Part shown: positions 24,710 through 35,900 of the stretch, one piece after another
Position numbering within the stretch: the stretch's first letter is position 1
Layout: every line of letters starts with the position of its first letter
Translations under genes and position numbers: made by a program
Notes under the pieces: model-generated
What the model was told of the DNA's origin: nothing
Seen by the model: the letters and a program-made list of their open reading frames with translations, nothing else
Database searches by the model: none
NCBI RefSeq assembly: GCF_036321535.1
Contig: NC_087437.1
Coordinates: 51,772,001-51,836,000 of the forward strand
Origin: Camelus dromedarius
Lineage: Eukaryota
DNA length: 64,000 bases
Direction of reading: 5' to 3'

Positions 24710-27420
24710 CAATCCAAGCAATCAAGGGCATGTATAGAGTGTCACCCGTGTGCCAGGCACTGTGTTAGGACCTCTGAACACAAAGATTTAAAAATTACTT
24801 TTGTACTTTGCTCTAAAGGAGGTCTTTGTTTAGATATGGAGACAGACACAGAAACAGATGGAGTTCGCAGCACTCTAGAAATTGGTCCTAAGTGCTGTGG
24901 AATTCCAGGGGGAGCATGGACCTACCTGTGAAAAGCAAAACAATAAAGCTTTTATAAGATATCATAGAAAAACATCTCCATGACCTCAGGGTAGGGAAAG
25001 GTTTCTTAAACAATACACAAAAATAATACTAACCATAAAGGAAAAGATTGATAAATCTGAGTACCTTAAAATCAGGAAGTTCTGTCCTTCAAAAGACACT
25101 GTTACGAGAGTAAAAAGGCAAGTCAGAGTGGGATGCATGCAACCAACAAAGGACTCATGTCCAGAACGTGTGAAGCACTCCTACAAATGAGGGTGCAGGA
25201 GACGGACAGCCCAGTGGAAGAACTGAACTGAACCAAAGCACTGAACATACAGAAATTCAAATGGCCAAGAATATACAAGGTGCATGGCCTGATTAGTAAT
25301 CAAGGGAATGCTAACGAAACTCCCCATGAGGTACTACTACGTACTCACCAGGTTAACAACAGTGTAAAAGTCTGATAAAAACAAGTGTTGGTGAAGACGT
25401 GGAACAGGAGTTCTCAGATACGTCTTTGGAAGCAGCCCATCCATATGTAAGCAGTCAGGCCACAAATATGCACACCCCAAAGATGGATTCATGGACATGA
25501 ATGTTCATGGCAGGCCTTGTTCACAAAGGTCCCAAACTGGAACCAACAGATAGTGTAGATTCGGCAAACTAAGTGCAGGGGAACAGAGCCAAGAGCACAT
25601 TGAATTCTGCCTAAGGGGCTGGGGGAACTGGGAAGATGACTTTTGAATTAGTTCTTGGAGGATGAAGTTTCCCAGTCAAGAAGGAGGGATGGAGGGCGTT
25701 CTAGACAGAAGGTCAGCAAATGCACTGGCGGAGAGGAATAAGCACTTCCCAGGAGGTGGCAGGTTGGGGGTGTCAGGAAGAGAAGCAGGAAAGGAGAGCA
25801 GAGAGGGGCTGGGACCTGTAGGATGTGAAGGCCTTTGTGGGTCATTGTAGGAAGTTTGGTTTAAATACAAAAGTGGGAGAGAGTTGGGAACAAGGAACCA
25901 TTGGAGGGAGGGAGACCAGTTAGAGGCCGTTGCAAAAGATGAGAAGGACTGGAAGAAGAGCAGCAGCGTGATGGAAGGGATAGGGCAGATCTGGGAATCA
26001 TCTCAGAGACAAAACAGACAGGCTGTGGTGGTAGGGGTGGGGATGGGGGGCGAGAAGGAGCTGAGGAGACTCCCAGGTCTCTAGCTCGGGGAACTGGGTG
26101 CACGATGATGCTATAACATCAGAGACTGAGGAAGGAGAGAGGGAGAGGTCTGGGGAAGGAGCTAAGAAGCCCAGCTGGGGACACAACTGCTTTGATGTTG
26201 CCTACGGGATAGACAGGCGAACATCCAGGACATCAGGACAGGCTCGGACCGAGAGCCACAGATCAGAGTTATCAGAGCAAGAAGCCATGGGCTTAGGTGA
26301 GAACATTTGGGGTGCAGGAGCAGGGCAAGACTAAAAGAAGTCATAGATGGAGCCCTGGGAACCAAACATAGATGCACTGGGCAGAGGAGAAGTAAGCAAA
26401 AGAGACAGAGAAGGAACAACAAGTAAGAGGAGCTCTGGGAGGGGGCGGCAGTGCTATAGCATCTGAGAGAGGAAAAGCTTTCACAGGGACTGGGTGGTCT
26501 GCGGAGTGAAGACAGGGCATTGGAAACTGGCGAGTAGGGATAAGCAGGGAGGCGGAGTGGAGGGAAGTTGGGGGAGTTCTGGTCTGAGGATCTCTATTTT
26601 CTCTGTCAGTTATACAGGAGGGACGGGGCAGGCCAGAAACTGAAAGGGTGGCAAAGGTTTAGAACAGGAGCTGACCACCCGGGGCCTAGTGGCCTGAGGG
26701 CTGGGCTGACGTCAGGGGCCATAAATCTGGAGTGGCACCAGTCTGCACGGTTGGGTGGATTTCCTATGCCTTCTCGTAGCCTGGGAATCATGATGGGGAA
26801 AGCAGATGACTGGAATCCTCCGGGGCTGGGAAAGGCGGGGCAAGAGGGTGTGGGAATCGAGGGTGCCAGGGAGAATGAATGATGTGGCCAATCACGGGCA
26901 GGTCGATAGGGGAGGAAGTCGAGCCAGGAAGGAGCTGACAGCTGGCAGAGTGCCTTGGCCAAAGCCGGCACTCCGGTACTGTAGCTGAATGAGCAAGACA
27001 GAATGGGTGAATTGGAGAAAGCTCTGTGAAAGGAGACCAGGTTTTATGGGAGGAAAGGAAAGAAGTTGTGGCCCAAGAGGGGGATACTGGAGTTTAAGAT
27101 TTTACAGGAGACATTCCAGGCAGTGTGTGGGTGGCTGAGGTGGAGAGAAGGTCACTGGAGATGGGGAAGCAGAGGAGCCAAGAAGTGAGGGTATTGGGAT
27201 GCCTATGACGACACTCAAGTTGCCTAGGATGTGGGGTGCAGAGGAAGACCATGAGCCAGGTGTCCAAGTCCTCAAAAGATGACAGGTGGATAGGTGATAC
27301 TGGCCAGGTTGGGTAAAGGGGATCATGGCTGGATGGTGGGGACCTGGAGGTCTGAATCTGAGTGGGAGAGAAATGGCCTGAGGTGGCAGAAGGAGGCGGG
27401 AGAATGCTGACTCTCTAGCC
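24710..27420 (-). mobile_element. Long L2 LINE remnant (endonuclease region to 3' end), interrupted by L1
   Basis: Minus-strand peptides HILGNLS..PPTHCLECLL (EN-like) and HPVPRARDLGVS (cf. L2 ARNLGV); L2 3' end motif tgtgccaggcactgtgttagg at ~24749. Confidence 0.75.
24930..25560 (+). mobile_element. Old L1M ORF2 3' fragment inserted in L2
   Basis: catgacctcagggtagggaaaggtttcttaaac...aaccataaaggaaaagattgataaa...cccaaactggaac. Confidence 0.8.
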
Positions 27421-30400
27421 TGGCCAGGTGCCCCCTCCTGCAGGCTCACCCCAGCACTTTCTTCTAGGTCTTCACTATCCTTTGAATCTGGAAGACTCCA
27501 CTTAACCCTTGGGTATGCACACCCCTGAAACTTGCTTTTCTCCCCTCTAGACTATAGGGCAGGACTTTACCTCTGGAGTGGATTGTGGCCCCTGTGATAT
27601 ATTGTGGACCCAGTGTATCCTGAGAAATGGGCCATGGGCACAGGACAGTGGCCTGAACTGTGGCCTGGGATAGTGAAAAGTATGGGGCTACTCAGGGGCT
27701 ACCACGTTGCCTGCTTGCCTTCTCTGCCCCTTCCCCATCTCCATGGGACAGACAGAGCTTTTTCTACCCTTTAACTCCCACGTGGAAAATTAAGCCAACA
27801 TAAAGAGATGCCAGGCATGAGCATCTCTTTAGGCACAGTGGTCTCCAGTATCGTGGTGACTCACGTGTCTGAAATACCTCAGCCGCTTCATCCACTATCA
27901 AAATCCTTTAAGGCCTAGCCAAGGAGGTTCACTTCCTTTTTGATCCACCTTTCTCAATATCAATTACTTTGATAGCAAGATTCTTGGGTCCCTCCATTCG
28001 ACATTTGTTTTTGCCATTCTTAGAGCTGGTTGCTAAGGGTTTGTGTTTCCTATGAGACTTCATTCTTAAAGGTGAGACCTCTGAAGGGGCCATGTGGGGG
28101 ACAAATAAGACATGACCCTTGTCAGGAGGGAGCTTGTATTCTGGTCATAGTGTCAGTGAATTCCAACTGATTTCTACATCCAAGGGCTAGGTTTTGCAAA
28201 ATGAAGGCCAGTGGATCCCCAGGGACACAGGTGGGAGTTGCCCTGAAACCACCTGGAGAAACTTGCAAGGTTACAGAGGCCACACACAGGGGTCCTGAAG
28301 GTGAGGGGAAGGGTCGGGAGTTCTGGATTTTTAGAAATCTCAGCTGGTTCTGAATCTTTCTTCTAGTGGAAAACCATCATTGGGGAAATACAGTTGAGCA
28401 CACTGGGGGCTAACAAACAAAGGAGAGAACAACACGTGGTGGTCATACCAATGATAGTCATTTTTGCCCCCAGCTTACAACCAGAACTCATCCCTGTGAG
28501 GCACAATAGGCACAATATCGAGTGGGCATGTCATTAAAAGGTGCCAGCTCTTTTTTTTTTTTTTTTTTTTGGTAGACAACACTAGATTATAACACTAAAC
28601 TTCTCAGGACTGGCCAGGCTGCTCTTGATCAAGGCACCAAGTGCTAATCACAGTATCTCTCTCAGTGTCTCTCTCTCTCCCCTCCATCTTTGAATCTTTT
28701 GGTTCCAGAGCTAGATACCCCAAAAGAAGAAAATTAACGCATATGCCAGGCACTTGAAGTATTAATTTCATTTAATCCTCCAAACTTCCACATGTTGGGG
28801 AGCAATGTGGAGAAAAATTGGTTCAGGGCAAGTCACCTCTGCTGACAGAGTTTCAAGTTATGGCCCTGTAGCTCCCTTGTACAAACTTGGGACAGACTCT
28901 TAACCTCCACAGCCTCAGTGTCCTTATCTGTAAAATGGAGCAAAGATGATTTACCCTATCAGGCACACAGTAAAGGTTTAACACATTAAGAGCTGTTCAT
29001 TGCCATCATCCCCATTTAATAGATGAGCAAACTAAAGCCCAGTGGTAGGTATTTGTATTCAGGTCTGCTGGATGATCCAGGTTCTCTCCACCACTCCACC
29101 TCAGGCAGCCTGGCCTTGGCGAGGGGAGTGTGTACCATGGGAGGCCCTGGCAGAGGCTGTGGGTCTCCCTGGGGGTCTGGGGGCCAGGGGGTGGGGAGAA
29201 GCACCTGTGGCCGTTAGGAATGGCTTTTATGAGCTTGTTCCACCAACTGGCTCCCTCCCCCAAGTCTGCAGCACATTGAAGCTCTTCCTGTTTGCTCCCA
29301 AGCAGATGGTGCTGGAATCTCTCTACACCAACTCCCATTCATAAATCATGGCCTTTCCTCTGCTGCTGGAGCAACCATTATAATTACAGTGGGGGAAGTG
29401 TGTGTGTGAGTGTGTGTGAGTGTATGTGAAGAGACATGGCGCCTGCTGGCCAGGAGATGCCACCTCTTTCCCCTGGGGACAGAGCCTCTCCTGTCAGCAA
29501 CCCTCACAGCCCACCCTGCTTTATAAAGGGAAGCCTGGGAGTCCTAGGCCTGAGGAGGGAGTTCCTGTGGGAGTGATTCCTGCTTCATAGGACACCCTTC
29601 CCTCTCTGACAACCAGAAGGGACCCTGGCCCCAGGTTCTCTGCATGGTGGTAAGGGGATGAGGAGGGGTGGATAATATTAACAGAGCCCCTAGTGTGTCC
29701 CTGGCGCCCGGACACTTACTTGAGGGGCTTTAAGGGGACGGGCATTGGAGATAGGGATGGAGACCTGGTCCAGTGAGGTCAACTCTTATCTGCTGGAGGT
29801 GAGCTCAGGGAAGAGAATGACAAGCTTGAGGGAAGCCAGGCTGGGTGACCCTCGCTGGGCACCTCAGCTCAGACTCCAGAGCTCTCTGGGTCCCTTATCT
29901 CAGGCCCACTGGGCTGTGTGTGTGAACCTTGTTTCCATACGTATTCATATACCCGACTGTCTGAGTGAATTGGGATTCGTTTGTGTGGGTGTTGTGCTTA
30001 TTGTGTATATAAGCCGTATGGAAACTAAATCTTTGTGTGCATTGTCCATACTTGTGTATGAGTGGGCTCGTATGGGTAGGGGAGGGACTGATTGTGGGTT
30101 TGGGTGTATGTGAGAGGATCTTTGGGCGGCGTCTGTGTTTAGGGTGGGAGTCGGGGGCGGTGTGTGTGTTGGAGTCTGGGTGGGCAGGTAGGAGGCTGCC
30201 TGAGTTCAGGACAGTGTGACGCTGTACTCCTGGCTGTACCTGTGGCCCCTCTCCCCTCCACCCCCTTCTTGCTGAGCACCTGACTATGGAGGTGTGTCCA
30301 GGGGTTCCGATTCTCTCCCTGGCCCCTGGGGCTTCACTTACAAGTCTGAGGCCTGGACTGGCCCCTTGCGATGGAAGGTGGGAGGGAAGAAGGGTGTCTC

Positions 30401-30779
30401 CCCCGGCTCAGGCAAGCCAGAAGGGGTGCTTAGTCCCCCAACAACCCCATCTGGGGACAATGGCTGCTCTGGGGTCCCATGGTAGATCCTCAGCCTCCTT
30501 CCTCCTAAATCCCTCCATCAGGAGAGCGCTGTAAATGAGCTTCTACCTGGTACCCTTCACCAGGTTAAGTCTTTCAGGAGGCCCTCCTTTTCCTTCCCCT
30601 GCTCCCAGAGAAATCTGAGGCTTTACCTGCTTGTGTCCCCTCACCTGCCTCTAGCCCTCACCCAGGTATTAGGTGGCACCCTAGGGGGAGTAGGGTGCTA
30701 CTGAGAGGGAACACCTGCTTCCCTGCCCCTCCCTTCCCACTGCTTGCCTTCATCCTTCAGCCATTCCCCAAGCAGCTCC

Positions 30780-30990
30780 GAGCTGTCCTGGGGAAAGGGT
30801 CCTGGCTTTAAACACAAGCTCCACATTTGCCACTTGCTAGCTGTGCCTCTGGCCGCCAGTCATTGGACTTCTCTAAGACTCAGTTTCTTCATCTGCAAAA
30901 TGGATATTAAAGTACCCACCCTGCCTACCTCAGTTTTATTGTGAGGATCATGGGAGGTAATGCATATGAAAGTAGCTAGTAGCTAATGAT
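30780..30990 (+). mobile_element. MIR SINE
   Basis: gccacttgctagctgtg...ctcagtttcttcatctgcaaaatgg...attgtgaggat. Confidence 0.85.
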
Positions 30991-31199
30991 GAAAGACTAA
31001 ACATGTGGCAGCTATTATTATTTCTGGGTTTTCTTTTAACTAACCAATATTACATCTGTCTCATAGTTAGAGAGACTGAGCCCTGGAGAAACTTGACCCT
31101 GTATTGTTCCTGTGGCTTTTTGCCAGAATCCTGGCCCCTGGTACCCAAGCCTCACTTCTGTTCATTAGCAAACGGGAGACTTAGACTTTTGGTTTCCCT

Positions 31200-31626
31200 T
31201 CCTCCACCTGCCCACCTTGCTGGCTTTGAAAACTCTTAAGCATCCTTCAGGCAACAGTGCAGAGGGCACCTCCCCCAGGGAGACCTCCCTGATCCTGAAC
31301 AGAGCTAGAGTCTCTTTTCTTGGCTCTCTGAGCGCACCTCCTGGCAGCTCTTATCAGGCTGCTCTGTAATTGTTTGTTTTTCCATCACTGTTTCACAATT
31401 ACCGTGCAGTTTACAAACACTGGCAGTGCAGTGTGATCCAGCTACTGCTGCTACTGCGAGGTGCCGCCCAGGTGCTAGTTCCTGCAGGGCCAGCCCTTCC
31501 AAGGCAGAACCACCCCCTACCCCAGCTCTTACCTGGGGCCACCTTCACCTTGGGGCCCAACCCAGAACCTGGCTCCAGGAGGCGCTTGGTAAATGGTGAC
31601 TGACTGAAAACAAAACACATGAATGA
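31200..31626 (+). mobile_element. L2 3' end
   Basis: catccttcagg...cacctcccccaggggagacctccctga...cttggtaaatggtgactgactga. Confidence 0.6.
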
Positions 31627-31899
31627 GGGAAGGAGTGGAGTTTCTGGGAACCAGACAGAAGGGAAGAGATGCTTCCCGTTAACATCTCTTCATAAAAGGC
31701 AGCAAGTTCCTACATCCAGCTGGTGTCTGAATTGGGGCCAGTCATAAAACAGGGAGGCCCCTGAGGCTGAGGGCAGCTGGCTGGCCAGTGGGCTTTATAA
31801 GGCGGTTTTATGGACTCAGCTGAGATGTGGTGATGAGAAGCCAAACTTTAAACATCCTCTTAAAGTTTGCTTTCACTCCCTCAGGCCTCCAAGCTGAAC

Positions 31900-32045
31900 A
31901 GAATTGAGGAGAAGTCCTACTGAGGAGGTGCCAGTTGGAGGAGTGATGAGGATAGCATCATCCACATGGACCAAAAGGAAGTAGGCAGGAATTGCAGCAG
32001 GAAGGATATAAGTTAGATATGAGGAAGGACTTCCTTCTGGGGCTG
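31900..32045 (+). mobile_element. CR1/L3 3' fragment
   Basis: tgcagcaggaaggatataagttagatatgaggaaggacttcct matches the L3 motif agatttaggttagat..aggaagaacttcct. Confidence 0.65.
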
Positions 32046-33369
32046 GGACGTGACAGGGAGTGACCGGGCGGGAAGCAGATGGACTGACTTGCCCCCCATT
32101 ACTCTGTGACTTAAGGGGGTCATTTCGTGTTTATTTACTGCAGCCTCCACTGATCTTTGTTTTGGGACAGGGGGACTACCACCTCTGCTCCCCATCTCTC
32201 CCTGCTCTCTCCTGACCTCTCCCATTCCTGGCCAGGCAGAAGCCTCCAGGAGGGAGAAGAGATACAGGAGCCGAGGTTAGTACCAGGATCTGCTCAGGAG
32301 CTGGGAGGCTCGGCCGAGCCTGGCGCCCCTCAGGCCTGTGAGTTCAGGGTCTCTCCGTGGTCTGAGATGAGAAGCTTGCCCTCCAGCCTCCCCGCTTCTG
32401 TGATTTGACCTGTGGAAAGGAGAAAAGCAAGTAGCCTGAGAAGCTGAAAAAAATGCTGAGGAGAGATTTAGAGGTGAAGAAAGGTCAAAGGGATAAAGAA
32501 AGAGAAAAATCAGAGAGGAAAAAGCAGAAAAGAAATGCGGGAAGGGGCTTAACATGCACGGAGCCTACACTGCAGACTTGGGAGGATGATCTCAGCAAAC
32601 TTCACAAGCCTTCAAGGTGGTGTTAGCATCTTACAGATGGGGAGCCCGCACTCAGAGGGGTCCATGGCCCATGAACCCGAGACTGTCTGACTGCAGCCCC
32701 TGGCAGTTTCTAGGCCCTGAGAAAGCAAGTCTTTCACAGGCTGGCGTCCAGGCAGAGGCCTGGCTTGGTCTGTGTGAGCGCTAGCTGCCCAGGATGCTCT
32801 GAAGTGGGGTGTCCTTGTGGCCGGCCAGCAGCAGATCCCCCTGGGTCCCCTGGGCCCGGGGCCAACCTGGGCCTGCTCTCCAAAACTGGACTTGTGGCTG
32901 CCCTGTCTACTGGGAGGATTGACAACTCTGCTCTCGGGGAATGGAGAAGTCGGAACCCAATTAAATGCTTTTCAACTCAGGCCAGAGTCCCCAGCCTAGG
33001 AGAGGGTGCCCTTGGCTTTAGGGGCCTGCGGCTCATTCTCTGGAAGCCTCCAGTCTAAGCAGGATTCAGCCCTCGGAGTCACAGCTCCTGCTGGCTAAGA
33101 GTGGTCAAGGTCAGGAGGGGCCCACCTGGCCCTGGGGCCTGACTCCTGCAGGGGCTGGAGGGACAAGGGAAGTGGGACCCTGCAGCAAGGCCCCACCCCA
33201 CCCAGACCCAGCTGTGCAAGTTTGGGGTGGGGGGAGCGAGGGGGCTGGGAGTGGGGCTGGATGTTGGGTGGGGGGTGGCTCATGCTCCCTGGGTTTGGCC
33301 TCTGGGTGAGCGTGGCCCAGCCCCTTCTTGATTCCCTAAGTCAGGGAAGTGAAAAAGGGGGAAAGGGAA

Positions 33370-33570
33370 AGAACATCGAGCACCTGTCACGTGCTGGGAG
33401 CTCTGCGTACATTAGCACATTCAGTTCCCCCAGCAACCCTGAAGGGAGGATTATTATATACATTTTACAGCGACAGAAACTAAGTTCAGAGAGGTGAAAA
33501 ATCTCACTCAGGCCCACACAGCCAGTAAACAGTGGAGCTGGGATTCAAACTCGGGTCTGCCTAACTCCCA
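33370..33570 (-). mobile_element. MIR SINE
   Basis: cattttacagcgacagaaactaagttcagagaggtgaa...gagctgggattcaaactcgggtctg. Confidence 0.85.
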
Positions 33571-34949
33571 GCAATGCCCTCGCACTCTGGGAGCGGGTGA
33601 CTTGACCACCCTTCCAAAACTTCCAGGACAGGGGCATTCTCAGGCACGCTCCATGTGTGCATCTGGCCTCCCAACTCTAACAAACACCCTTCAGACGTCT
33701 CCGGATACTTCCCACCCCTGCTCTGTGGTCCTTGGGAAAACCAGGTTGCCTTTGAAGGGGCCCCCAGGCCCGTCAGCATCTCTACTATTTCACACTTTCC
33801 CTTCAGGATCATCAGATGAGGAACAGCTGGGCCTGCAGATTTATTAGGGTTTTGCAAGTGATTCCATCCGCTCTTCCAGCTAAGCCCCGCCCCTGCTCCC
33901 ATTAGTAGCCTCTGGAAAGCAAAGGGAGTTCCTTTGTCAGTGCCCCAAACCCACTTAGCTGGTGTGATTTTTGCCGCTCCCACTCCTCATGGCAATTGGG
34001 ATCCAGCTATCCATCTCCTCAGAAACACCAGAGACAAAGAGAAAGAGAGAGAGAGAGAGAATGAGAGAGAGAGAGAGGAAGAATGAGTTTTATTTTTCTG
34101 TTTGAGAAAACAAAACACAGAAAACCTCTGGCAGAAGGAATAGAAGACCCAGATTTCCCTCCTTGTTCCATCAGCCTGTGGCTGGAGACAAGTCATGTAA
34201 TCTCTGTAGGCCTCAGTTTCCACATCTGTAAAATGGGGTGAGTATCCACCCTGAGTACCTCCCAGGGAGGAAGTGAGCATCAGAGCCAGCACCCTGCACC
34301 TAGAAATGGTTAGTGGGTATGCTAATATAGGAGCCTGCCTAGATGGCCCACCCTCAGATCCACTGACAGCCTTCAGACCCATTGAGCATTTCCCACTTTT
34401 TCCCCTTTGTTTTTCAGAGGTCACCCTTTGACCTAAACCTGTGTGGTATGTGTGGGTAGAAACTTGTAATGGTCATGTGACATCAGGAGAGCCAAGGGGA
34501 AGAGGCACAGGAAGCAGTGGGTGCTAGGGTACAATATGAACATTCAGTGCCAAACAAGAAACACAAGACCCCAGCCACCCAGGGGTCAGAGTTCCACGTG
34601 TGACCAGTTGTTGCAGGTGCCAGTTGTAAGAGCTGGGCAAAGCCCTGAGGGAGTTGAGTGGAGGGCCCAGACTGATGATGCTATTTTATTAATGAATCAT
34701 TATTAATCATTCTAATGATTAGACAAGATGTGTTAATATTTGGTTAACTATTTAAGTACTAATGATGGTACTTACAAATTAATAGCTTAGAATGATTAAG
34801 CTGGTTCTTGTAATAATGCTATGCTGAAGGATTTTTTTTTACTTTGCAGTAGACAAATGAGAAAGCAATTGAGGAATGTAACTGTGATTGCAGGACTGAT
34901 ACGCAATGACAACAAAAAAGTCTGCAAGTGCCCAAATATGTATACAGGT

Positions 34950-35900
34950 GGCAAAATGCCAAAGGTCAGCCTTAACCACCAAGCTTGGCGGAAGGGCTCT
35001 GTCACAAAGAGGCCTTGTGCAGCGATGGCTCGGGCACAGGCAAGGGCAGTAAGGCAGCCTGGGCCTGAAGGGGTCTGAGTCCAAATGGAGCCTTGAGAGT
35101 GGACCCTGAGGACCGCAGGAACTTGGGGGAGTAAAGCCAGCATGGTGACCGGAGGGAGCAGAAGCACAAGCGAGCAGAGGGTGATGTGATGAGAGATGGG
35201 AGGGCAGGGGGTTGAGAAGCACGCCGAGAATTGGCAGCAGAAAGGCTGTCATGAGCTTTGTGCCAATCTTGCAGCCAAGCATTGCAATACAGTCACCAGG
35301 TACGAAGAAAATAAAAATAGGGTCTCCAGATGCCTGGGAACATGGGCAGGTGACGAAGACAGAAACTGACAACACGGAGGGATGACTGAGGTCCCGGGAA
35401 AGCATGAGGCTCACCTACCCCTGCCTGGAGGAGCAGGGATGGGCTGCTGGAACCAGAAAGACAACCATGCCTTACACCTGTAATTAGGCAAAATGCTTAC
35501 TTTAGTTGTAAGCACAAAGTTGGAGTTGACTCCTTCTGTGATTTGGCTATTTGCCAGAAATTCAGTAATTTCTTTGTTTTAAAGTCCCCACTTAAGAACT
35601 TCAATGGCGACGGACCTGCCTCAACTCCCAGGCGGAACCATTTACATTCTGGAGTCCAGAAAGGGACATCCTGACCAATAGCCTCTGACCATGGACCTTG
35701 CTGAGTTCAGAATTCCCCCACAGGGGGTGGGCAACTCAATTTATAAAGATGTGAGATAAGCCTTGCTGTCTCCCCAACTGGCCAGAGAAGCAGGGATAGA
35801 ATCGGATAGTTACCGAGCCAAGAAAGAGCTCACCATGTTTGTCAATAGGCTAGGAGATAATCATGGGAGAGGAAGGTTTGGGGCAGTGGCCTCCAATTCC
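34950..35900 (+). mobile_element. Possible highly diverged CR1/L3 3' half
   Basis: Weak but colinear similarity to CR1 motifs: aggaacttggggg (KDLGV), agccagcatggtg, agccaagcattgcaatacagt (RPHLEY region), ccaagaaagagct (terminal region). Confidence 0.4.

Noticed and set aside
33224..33278. G-quadruplex-compatible G-run cluster (also ~46440-46468)
   Set aside because: Common in GC-rich mammalian DNA; no supporting context
34839..35414. 191-aa minus-strand ORF
   Set aside because: No recognisable homology; overlaps a probable ancient LINE remnant on the opposite strand
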